Shown: one piece after another, positions 56,827 through 64,000 of the stretch
Layout: every line of letters begins with the position of its first letter
Position numbering within the stretch: position 1 is the first letter of the stretch
Assembly: GCA_964420575.1 (NCBI GenBank)
Contig: CAYQTU010000002.1
Location: 18,534-82,533 of the forward strand
DNA: 64,000 nt
Source of the DNA: an uncultured bacterium
GTDB taxonomy: Bacteria > Omnitrophota > Omnitrophia > Omnitrophales > Aquincolibacteriaceae
Direction of reading: 5' to 3'
The notes under the pieces: generated by a model
Database searches by the model: none
What the model was told of the DNA's origin: nothing
What the model saw: the letters and a program-made list of their open reading frames with translations, nothing else
Program-made: the position numbers and the translations under genes

Positions 56827-58409
56827 TGACGATCAAGATCCCCGTTCCCGGGTGGTTCAAGGACCCTAGAAAAAGAACGGGGCTTTTTCTTGGGACAGTG
56901 TTCGTGCTGACGCTTGCCGCCACTTATCTTGTGGCCTCCTCCGTTGTTATGACGGAAGACACGTTTCTTTTGAGCGCGGCATGGATCGCTGGCTTCGGGT
57001 TTCTCTTCTTTAACGTGGCCTATCTTTTTCTGACAAGCGCGGTGCATCCATTCCTTAAGACGCCTATCCTGAAAGAAGACTACGTGAAACGGTTCCCGAA
57101 AGTGGCGCTGGTTTATCCGATCCGCAATGAATCCTACGGGATGTCGCAGAGAATGCATTATTCGTTTTCCGGCAATAAATTCCATAACGTGGATCTGTGG
57201 ATTCTTTCGGATTCTGCCGAGGAGTTTTCGCCCTATGAAGCGAACCTTGTCGCGAAACTCGAAGCTCTTCATCCCGGCCGCGTGTTTTATAGAAGAAGAG
57301 CGCATCCGGTTGAGCGGAAACAGGGGAATATCGCCGAGTTTCTGCATTCGCATCCGGAGTATGACTACCTATATATATGCGACGCGGATGGAATGGTGCC
57401 CAAGGGGACGCTCCTTAAGCTACTCAGGAAAGCGGAACATCCCGAAAACCGGGATATCGCGATCTTTCAGGCGTTCGTCAGGATCGCGCACGCGACGACC
57501 TGGTACTCGCGCTTTGAAAGGATCGGAACGCAGTTTGCGCAGCGCCTGAACTTCGTCGCGGTTCAAGCGATATTCGGGCGCACTATCTCTTTCGGGCATC
57601 ATCATCTTGCCCGGAGAGAAGCGATTTCCAAGATCCGACTCCCCAAGGGACTGCTTTCGCACGATAACTGGGACACCGTTCGCCTGGATCAGATGGGATA
57701 CCGGGTCGCGTTTTGTCCGGATGTGGAGGCTTATGACGAAGCGCCCTCGAACTACCTTGAGGCGAAGGCAAGGGCGAGCCGCTGGGCACAGGGAACGCTT
57801 CAAGGCGTGCCCCTTATTTTTGAGCCGAACGTGTCGCTCGCTTCCCGGTTTCTCGCCGGCTACGGTATTTATCTTTACCTTTCGGATATCGTGTTCTTTT
57901 TTTGGGTGTTGCTCGGGCTCTTTTCACATTCCTTGGTCACCGGGGAACTGATCTATTTCCGGATCGATTCGCTCTGGATGAATTTTTTCTCGAATCAGAT
58001 CCTGAAATGGATCCTTCTGTTCAGTCTTGCGGTTGTTTTTCTGCATAAAGCCGTGATCGTGAAAACGTGGGAAGATGTCCGCCATTATCTTTATGAACTC
58101 GTTATCTCGACTTTGGTCACGCTCAATAACTTTATCTACAGCCCGCTCGCCATTCTGAGCATCCCTTTAAAGAAGCTGAACTGGCGGCCCATGGTGAAAA
58201 ACCCGTTCGCCACGGTAGATTTCGCCACCGCGGTCCGCTCGCTATGGATCGGGACCGTGTTCGGGCTCTTCGGTCTTTATTTTTGCACGAATCTCACGCC
58301 GTACTTCGTTTGGCAGATAACGCCCATTCTCATCAGTCTTATTTTTTCGATACCTGCAGTCTATTTCACAGCAAAATCAATTCCCGCGAAATTGAGAAGC
58401 TGGATTTGA
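56823..58409 (+). CDS. membrane glycosyltransferase family 2, OpgH/MdoH-like
   Basis: KQGNIAEF, YLYICDADGMV (D,D), DNWDTVR, RASRWAQGTLQ (QxxRW-type) plus N- and C-terminal TM helices; 4-nt overlap with TolC-like gene. Confidence 0.7.
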   Translation: MMTIKIPVPGWFKDPRKRTGLFLGTVFVLTLAATYLVASSVVMTEDTFLLSAAWIAGFGFLFFNVAYLFLTSAVHPFLKTPILKEDYVKRFPKVALVYPIRNESYGMSQRMHYSFSGNKFHNVDLWILSDSAEEFSPYEANLVAKLEALHPGRVFYRRRAHPVERKQGNIAEFLHSHPEYDYLYICDADGMVPKGTLLKLLRKAEHPENRDIAIFQAFVRIAHATTWYSRFERIGTQFAQRLNFVAVQAIFGRTISFGHHHLARREAISKIRLPKGLLSHDNWDTVRLDQMGYRVAFCPDVEAYDEAPSNYLEAKARASRWAQGTLQGVPLIFEPNVSLASRFLAGYGIYLYLSDIVFFFWVLLGLFSHSLVTGELIYFRIDSLWMNFFSNQILKWILLFSLAVVFLHKAVIVKTWEDVRHYLYELVISTLVTLNNFIYSPLAILSIPLKKLNWRPMVKNPFATVDFATAVRSLWIGTVFGLFGLYFCTNLTPYFVWQITPILISLIFSIPAVYFTAKSIPAKLRSWI

Positions 58410-58428
58410 AGAGGAGGAGCCAAAAGAA

Positions 58429-59496
58429 ATGAGTGACACACAGACGAACGAAAAACCCGAGAAAGACAAAAATAAAAACACGCAGGAGCCAGCTCTTTTT
58501 GAAGAGAAAACGGAGGGGGGCGGTAAATGGAAAACGAGAGTTTTCCTGATCCTTCTTATCCTGGGAGTGGGCCTTATTTTCTGGCCCAAGGGATACATCA
58601 AGGGAGAAGGGATTGTTCAAGCCGATCGGTTTGCGAGGATCGGGCTTACGAGTTCGGGGATTCTGAGGGAGCTGCTGCATAAGAAAGGGGATACGGTGAA
58701 GAAAGGAGAGTTGCTCGTGCGTTTCGAGAATCCGGAACTCTCCCGGAAATTCGAGGAACGGAAACTGAACCTCGAGATCCTGAATCACGATAAAACACGG
58801 CTTGAAAAGCAGGTTGAATTTCTCGCTAAAGACAAAGACCGGAAGAGCATTCTTTTCGAGAACGGAGTAATCGGCCGTCTTCAGTTCGATAAAGCCGCGC
58901 TGGATTATACCCAGGTCGCGGAAGAACTCAGTATGCGCTTAAAAGAGATCGAGTCGGTTGAAGGGGAAGTGAAATATTTGAAGGAAAGAGCGGAGTCACT
59001 TGAGCTTAAAGCGCCGTTTGACGGAATGCTTCTTACGGATCCCGGTATTACGATCGGGAATCTCTTGAAGGAAGGCGATTTTGTTTTGGAATTTGCGGAC
59101 CCGCGAAGTTTCTTTCTTGAAGTTCTTGTGTTTGAAAAGGAAGTGGAAAAGGTCGCGCCGGGAAACACCGTCACGGCCCGATTCCGTGCTTTTCCCTGGA
59201 AGACTTATTCCGGGGTTGTGACGGAGGTTGGTCCTCGCACCACCGATGAGATCGAGAAAGTTTTTAATGTGAAACACGTGGTCCCTTGCGAGATCAAATT
59301 GGATGAGTTCCCATCAAACGCGAAATACGGAATGCGTGCCTGGATCAAGATCAGCGGAAGACGCCGGATCTTGCAAAATAAGACGCCAGTAATCCAAAAA
59401 CCTTCTCAGGAGGAGCTTGCGAGATTCATCAATCCGAAGGCGCTCGATATGAAAGCTCCGGGTAAGGAGAAAGCAAACGATGTACCGGTTAAATAA
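58429..59496 (+). CDS. HlyD-family membrane fusion / periplasmic adaptor protein
   Basis: N-terminal TM, biotinyl/lipoyl-like hairpin TSSGILRELLHKKGDTVKKGELLVRFENPEL, coiled-coil, beta-barrel C-term. Confidence 0.75.
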   Translation: MSDTQTNEKPEKDKNKNTQEPALFEEKTEGGGKWKTRVFLILLILGVGLIFWPKGYIKGEGIVQADRFARIGLTSSGILRELLHKKGDTVKKGELLVRFENPELSRKFEERKLNLEILNHDKTRLEKQVEFLAKDKDRKSILFENGVIGRLQFDKAALDYTQVAEELSMRLKEIESVEGEVKYLKERAESLELKAPFDGMLLTDPGITIGNLLKEGDFVLEFADPRSFFLEVLVFEKEVEKVAPGNTVTARFRAFPWKTYSGVVTEVGPRTTDEIEKVFNVKHVVPCEIKLDEFPSNAKYGMRAWIKISGRRRILQNKTPVIQKPSQEELARFINPKALDMKAPGKEKANDVPVK

Positions 59497-59538
59497 AACA
59501 GCTTATTTATCAATTATTAAAAGGAGGGGGCATTACAC

Positions 59539-60336
59539 ATGAACGCAATTATTCTGGCAGCCGGTTTTGGAACGCGCCTTTATCCGTTGACCCAATTCAA
59601 ACCGAAAGCGCTTCTTGAAATCGGAGATAAAACCATCCTCGATCATTTGGTCGAGAAATTGGAAGCTTCTCCGGTCATTCAAAAGATCGTTTTAGTGACG
59701 AATGGAAGGTTTGCCGTCGATTTCATGGAATGGGCAAAGAAAAGGACCGCGTTGACTCGAAAACCGATCCGGATCGTTGAAAATAACGTGTACGAACCGG
59801 AAAAAAGATTGGGAGCGGTTCAGGACCTGCGGCTTGGAATGCAAGTCGAACGAAACCGCACGGCTGGTTATGTTGTTTTGTGCGGGGACAATTACTTTGA
59901 TTATCCGTTGACGCATTTCATTGGTCTTTACTGTACCGGGCACAGGAACGGCGCTTTCGTCGGACTTTATGACGTGAAAGACAAATCCGTCGCGACGCAA
60001 TACGGTGTCGTGGAAGTCGATCACACGGGACGTATTAAGGATTTTCAGGAAAAACCGGAAAATCCAAAATCAACGCAGGTAAGTGTCGGTGTCTACTACA
60101 TTCCGAATAAATTCCAAAGGTACGTTACGGAATACCTCGAAATCGAGAAACTGAATCCCGACAAGATCGGCGATTTTTTCGCGTGGCTTGCCAAAAAGGA
60201 AATTCTGCACGGCGTGGACTTTGACGGAGCCTGGTTTGATATCGGTTCAATCGAATCCTACGAAGAAGCGAGAGAGTATTTCGATACCAAGCGGTCTGCT
60301 GAATGCGCCTCAAAGGAGGGCAAGGGAAATGAATGA
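59539..60336 (+). CDS. sugar-phosphate nucleotidyltransferase (NTP_transferase family)
   Basis: MNAIILAAGFGTRLYPLTQFKPKALL signature G-x-G-T-R-L. Confidence 0.85.
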   Translation: MNAIILAAGFGTRLYPLTQFKPKALLEIGDKTILDHLVEKLEASPVIQKIVLVTNGRFAVDFMEWAKKRTALTRKPIRIVENNVYEPEKRLGAVQDLRLGMQVERNRTAGYVVLCGDNYFDYPLTHFIGLYCTGHRNGAFVGLYDVKDKSVATQYGVVEVDHTGRIKDFQEKPENPKSTQVSVGVYYIPNKFQRYVTEYLEIEKLNPDKIGDFFAWLAKKEILHGVDFDGAWFDIGSIESYEEAREYFDTKRSAECASKEGKGNE

Positions 60337-61513
60337 AAAAAATAGTCTCGTGAAAAAGGGGGAGGAAATAGCGAAAAGATCGGCGGAATACCGCGAGCTT
60401 TTCACTCAGATTTCGACACTGATTGAGGAAGGAAGAAAAGCCGCGGTTCGTCAGATTAATACGACGCTGATTGCGACTTATTGGATGATCGGGATGAGGA
60501 TTGTTGAATTTGAGCAGGGAGGCAAGGAAAGGGCCGCTTATGGGGAAGAGACCTTACGAAATCTCGCTGGGGAGCTTTCGAAGAAGTACGGCAATGGATT
60601 CAGCTTCCCACAGCTTAAAAATATACGTCAGTTCTATTTGGTGTATCGACAAGATGGGTTTAAACCATCCAGTCAGGTAGCACTCCAAAAAGGCTACACA
60701 CTGTGTAGCCAATTTCCCTACCTTCTTAGAGAAATAAACACCCATTTCACTCTTTCATGGTCTCATTACCGGCTCCTTATGCGAATAGAAGATCCTTACA
60801 AGCGCTCTTTTTATGAAAAATTGAGTGTTCAGAATCATTGGTCGGTCCGACAGCTCGACCGGGAAATCAATGCGCTGCTTTATGAAAGAACAGCTCTATC
60901 GAAACGTAAGGATATTGTGCTTGCTCGAGCCAATGAGAACCCGATTGTCGCAAGACCTGAAGATGAGGTTAAAGATTCCTATGTTTTAGACTTTCTCGGG
61001 CTTAAAAAAGATTACGCGGAATCCGATCTAGAGGATGCGTTGATCCGCCATCTTGAGAATTTCCTCCTTGAACTTGGCCGGGGTTTTGCGTTTGTTGCTC
61101 GTCAGAAAAGATTTGCCGTAGACGGCGACGAATACCGGATCGATTTGTTGCTCTACAACATCCTCTTGAAGGCCTATATAGTTCTGGAGCTGAAACTTAC
61201 CAAGTTCACTCATGCCCACGCCGGCCAAACGAATTTCTATGTCAATTGGGTAAAAGACAACGTTCTGCCGCAAGCGGAAAATGATCCGATCGGCATTATC
61301 CTCTGTTCTGACAAGAACAATACGACCGTCAGGTACGCGACCGGCGGCCTCAATAACAAGATTTTTGTCTCCAAATACCAGCTTCAATTACCAAAACCGG
61401 AAGAACTCGAAAGAGAGCTTGAACGCGGGAAGCAGCTATTCTTGCAAAATCACGTTAACCGTGAGGCCGGTCTCGATCAGAAAGCCCAAGAGAAGCGGGA
61501 GAAAGAGCAATGA
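60329..61513 (+). CDS. YhcG/DUF1016-type PD-(D/E)xK nuclease family protein
   Basis: ATG 60329 after AAAGGAGGG; N-terminal helical domain (LSWSHYRLLMRIEDPYKRSFYEKLSVQNHWSVRQLDREI) and C-terminal restriction-endonuclease-like core (RIDLLLYNILLKAYIVLELK). Confidence 0.7.
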   Translation: MNEKNSLVKKGEEIAKRSAEYRELFTQISTLIEEGRKAAVRQINTTLIATYWMIGMRIVEFEQGGKERAAYGEETLRNLAGELSKKYGNGFSFPQLKNIRQFYLVYRQDGFKPSSQVALQKGYTLCSQFPYLLREINTHFTLSWSHYRLLMRIEDPYKRSFYEKLSVQNHWSVRQLDREINALLYERTALSKRKDIVLARANENPIVARPEDEVKDSYVLDFLGLKKDYAESDLEDALIRHLENFLLELGRGFAFVARQKRFAVDGDEYRIDLLLYNILLKAYIVLELKLTKFTHAHAGQTNFYVNWVKDNVLPQAENDPIGIILCSDKNNTTVRYATGGLNNKIFVSKYQLQLPKPEELERELERGKQLFLQNHVNREAGLDQKAQEKREKEQ

Positions 61514-62151
61514 GAAAGATGATTTTTTTGATCCTGTGTTTTATCACGGTTGCCGGATGTGCGGCGCCTAAGCTCCCGGGAAAACCAGATATCGATAGTT
61601 CGCTCCATTCGGATCAGAGGCTATCGGTTGGGGTGGCGAATACCATAGATGAAAGAGACAGTGAAAAAATAGGAATGATCGGCGCGGCAGCCGTCATTGT
61701 TAAGAAAAGCGATCTCGCTGACTTAGTGGGAAACCGTTTGATTCGCTACATCAATGAAAAAATTGGCCTCGATGTGGAACGCGTCCAGCTCAATGAAACA
61801 GATTCCATAAAATTGATCACGACTAGAAAAAAGATGAAAGGCGTCATTATTTTGAAAATCAAGTCACTTAGCATATTTGCGGCGGGGGCTTTAACTCATC
61901 CCATTGAAGCAAAAATGATCCTTGAACTGACCGTTCTGGATGAAACCGGCCAAAAAGTTTATCAAAGGATAGCGAATGGTCACCATAAACAGCAGGTGAC
62001 GATTCCCATAACCGAAGAAACAACGAAAGCTCTTGTTGAATCGGTTATTAAAACGGCGCTGAGGCAATACGGCGAAGACCCGGATTTGAAAAAAATAATC
62101 GCCAAATTCAAATATGGAACTATTGGCGGAGTGATCGCCAGCATTTTTTAG
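61510..62151 (+). CDS. lipoprotein, hypothetical
   Basis: Lipobox ITVAGC at N-terminus (MRKMIFLILCFITVAGCAAP). Confidence 0.6.
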   Translation: MRKMIFLILCFITVAGCAAPKLPGKPDIDSSLHSDQRLSVGVANTIDERDSEKIGMIGAAAVIVKKSDLADLVGNRLIRYINEKIGLDVERVQLNETDSIKLITTRKKMKGVIILKIKSLSIFAAGALTHPIEAKMILELTVLDETGQKVYQRIANGHHKQQVTIPITEETTKALVESVIKTALRQYGEDPDLKKIIAKFKYGTIGGVIASIF

Positions 62152-62219
62152 AAAAACAAAACAAGGCCTATTCTAAATTTAAACACGGGAAAGGTAATTC
62201 AAAGAAAGGAGTAAGTAAA

Positions 62220-62819
62220 ATGAGACAGAAATTCACGATTGGTATTTTGGCGGGTTTGATGGTCGCGGCCTTCGCGGTTCAATCGCAAGCGATGGCGGCC
62301 GCGGAAGAATTGGTTATCGCTGATTTCAATACGGGTGACAAACCTAATAATATCGGGGGTGATTTCGGCGTATGGAATAAGGATCCGGATGACTCAACGC
62401 AGAAATCCGAAATGAAATTTGAGTCGGATGATACATTGGGTGATAGTACTGGTTATTCGATTCGCTTGGACTATGATGTGGACTCTCCGAATCCTGCATA
62501 TAACGGGTTCTGGATGAAGCTGAACGGCGTGGATGCGACTCCCTATAATTCTCTGACGTTTTATGTGAAAGGGGATACGAAAGCAGGATTCACGAGGCGG
62601 GTAAAGATCGAATTGAAGGATAAGAGCAACAAACCTTCAGCCTACATTGTTGGAAATATCACGGACCAATGGCAAAAGGTTTCAATCCCGTTTGATAAAA
62701 TTCGTCACATTCAGGATTGGAATTCGCTCAACGAATTCGTAATTGTTTTTGATGATCTGAATTCAAATCCTAAAACGGGAACAATTTTTATTGATCAGAT
62801 TGCTTTTTCAAAAGAATAA
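62220..62819 (+). CDS. secreted beta-sandwich protein, possibly carbohydrate-binding (CIA30/CBM11-like)
   Basis: Signal peptide MRQKFTIGILAGLMVAAFAVQSQA; motif GFWMKLNGVDATPYNSLTFYVKGD resembles CIA30-type domains; weak. Confidence 0.4.
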   Translation: MRQKFTIGILAGLMVAAFAVQSQAMAAAEELVIADFNTGDKPNNIGGDFGVWNKDPDDSTQKSEMKFESDDTLGDSTGYSIRLDYDVDSPNPAYNGFWMKLNGVDATPYNSLTFYVKGDTKAGFTRRVKIELKDKSNKPSAYIVGNITDQWQKVSIPFDKIRHIQDWNSLNEFVIVFDDLNSNPKTGTIFIDQIAFSKE

Positions 62820-62913
62820 GTTGGCTCTACTGTAAAGTAGATGACAGGCAATGCCGTCTCTAAGTACAATACGACGATAAATCCTTTTTTATGATAAGAA
62901 TAGAGAGACGGTT

Positions 62914-63123
62914 ATGAGGATTCCTTCTGGATCAATAGAACTGCATGAGGCAGCTCAAAAATACGGTCTTACTTGGGGTGGATTACGGAAAGCCATTGAT
63001 AGAAAACGTCTCAAGGGTTTCAAGATCGGCTTGACATGGTTTACTACTACGAAAGAAGTGAAACAGTATCTAGAGAAGCGAAATGTGGATAAGATCCCAT
63101 TGAAGTACAGGAAAAAAGCTTGA
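62914..63123 (+). CDS. excisionase-like HTH protein (putative recombination directionality factor)
   Basis: LHEAAQKYGLTWGGLRKAIDRKRLKGFKIGLTWFTTTKEVKQYLEKR resembles Xis/HTH_17 pattern; located just upstream of the serine recombinase gene. Confidence 0.45.
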   Translation: MRIPSGSIELHEAAQKYGLTWGGLRKAIDRKRLKGFKIGLTWFTTTKEVKQYLEKRNVDKIPLKYRKKA

Positions 63124-63144
63124 GGGAGCAAAAATTTTTTGATA

Positions 63145-63169
63145 GTATGTGTCTATCAAATAGACACAT
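63145..63169. promoter_or_regulatory. perfect 11-bp inverted repeat TATGTGTCTAT-caa-ATAGACACATA
   Basis: Direct reading of sequence; sits between the Xis-like gene and the recombinase gene. Confidence 0.6.
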
Positions 63170-63478
63170 AAGATAAGCGAAAATTGGTCTAAGAAGAACC
63201 CCGGCTTCAGAAATTTCCTCTTTGGGGCGCATTTAAAACGCTTCCCAAGGGGGTGGGCAACATGGGAGATCATAAGATCTCTCGACCGGGACAAGAGACC
63301 AAAAAGACAAGATTACAAAAAAGAAAAAAGCTCCAAAAAGTCGAGGTTTTGCTCAGATGTGAAGGAGAGCGATCCACTGAAAATGAATCTAATGATAAGA
63401 AAAATTCAAAAAACTCTTGTGAGACGATCGAATCCTTTCGCGACTTTATCTATTATTGGGCATTGGAGGTTGCGATAA

Positions 63479-64000
63479 ATGAACAACACAAGAACAACGG
63501 CTATTTATTGCCGGGTATCGACGGAAATTCAACGGGAAAGAGAAACGATTAATACTCAGAAAAAAAGGCTCGGGGATTTTTGTGAACGACAAGGTTTTAA
63601 TCCATTCGAACAATATATTGATGACGGATTCTCTGGAGGGGATCTGGATCGTCCTGAAATGACAAGATTGTTAAAGGATATCAAAGGCGGGAAAGTTGGA
63701 ATTGTGCTTGTTACTGAACCTTCACGGTTAAGTAGGGACTCGGGCGATAATAGTCACTGGATAGGGATATTCGAAGAGTTTGATATTGAATTTTATGCCA
63801 TAAATTATGGACTTAGGATTAAGCGAAACGAAAATGGCGGGTATAAAAATCCAATTTTGAAAACAGGCAATTTTATATCCGAATCGGAAAGAGATAACAT
63901 TCGGAATCGAGTGAGTTTCGCAATGTATCAAAGAACTAAAGAGGGAAAGTGGAATGGCGGAGTTGTTCCTTTTGGATATACAACCTTTCATGAAGAAGTA
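63479..64000 (+). CDS. large serine recombinase (resolvase/invertase catalytic domain), 3'-truncated by window edge
   Basis: MNNTRTTAIYCRVSTEIQRE... with catalytic-Ser motif Y-x-R-V-S-T-x-x-Q, then DDGFSGGDLDRPEMTRLL and LVTEPSRLSRD conserved blocks. Confidence 0.85.
   Translation, partial: MNNTRTTAIYCRVSTEIQRERETINTQKKRLGDFCERQGFNPFEQYIDDGFSGGDLDRPEMTRLLKDIKGGKVGIVLVTEPSRLSRDSGDNSHWIGIFEEFDIEFYAINYGLRIKRNENGGYKNPILKTGNFISESERDNIRNRVSFAMYQRTKEGKWNGGVVPFGYTTFHEEV

Larger units (their letters stand above)
30063..64000 (+). mobile_element. putative integrative conjugative element (VirB-type T4SS, coupling protein, Replic_Relax, serine recombinase), right end beyond window
   Basis: Uninterrupted + strand gene block with T4CP, VirB2/3/4/(5)/6/8/9/10 homologues, DUF932, Replic_Relax, Xis-like + serine recombinase; inverted repeat at left edge; element-specific repeated promoter motif. 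Confidence 0.6.

Noticed and set aside
56598-57353. Minus-strand 251-aa ORF
   Set aside because: Antisense across the TolC-like/GT2 junction; no RBS; + strand genes have clear family signatures.
1-64000. CRISPR arrays, rRNA or tRNA genes
   Set aside because: No regularly spaced identical direct repeats of 25-40 bp, no rRNA-like conserved stretches, and no cloverleaf-compatible segments were noticed on either strand.

Overview
This 64-kb window is from an uncultivated diderm bacterium (TolC-, VirB9- and VirB10-like proteins are present) and reads as two parts. Coordinates 1-30000 look chromosomal. They hold a dense two-component signalling cluster on the + strand (five stand-alone CheY-like receiver proteins, a pseudo-receiver, a multi-TM GAF histidine kinase, a SAM methyltransferase and an orphan acyl carrier protein). 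They also hold an XRE-cupin regulator, several small hypotheticals, and a single uninterrupted 15,018-nt ORF encoding a 5005-aa signal-peptide-bearing megaprotein. That megaprotein has TM helices, a ~680-aa coiled coil, a triplicated ~170-aa module carrying an invariant D-C-T motif, and C-terminal HEAT-like repeats. It is followed by a six-hairpin-glycosidase-like gene and a divergent XRE/LacI regulator pair. From about 30060 to the window end the gene content is that of an integrative conjugative element, with all genes on the + strand. It begins at a long imperfect inverted repeat and carries a Replic_Relax protein, a VirD4-like coupling ATPase, a tandem PC4-like ssDNA-binding protein and many small Cys-rich/zinc-ribbon proteins. 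It also carries two tandem Cys-rich paralogs, a MoxR AAA+ ATPase plus a VWA/metallopeptidase (DUF2201-type) pair, a DUF932 protein, a highly structured ~350-bp noncoding locus with its own terminator, and a protein with two tandem sigma-70 region-4 HTH domains. A VirB2-VirB10-like mating-pore operon follows, then a TolC / OpgH-like GT2 / HlyD tripartite module, a nucleotidyltransferase, a YhcG-type PD-(D/E)xK nuclease, an Xis-like HTH and a large serine recombinase truncated by the window end. The most distinctive non-coding signal is a ~60-bp conserved promoter-like element present three times on the + strand: upstream of the first element gene, upstream of the pilin/VirB operon (immediately after the tandem-region-4 regulator gene), and upstream of the VirB9/VirB10 block. 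No rRNA, tRNA or CRISPR arrays were recognised. All calls are from reading the sequence and ORF translations; no database searches were possible.
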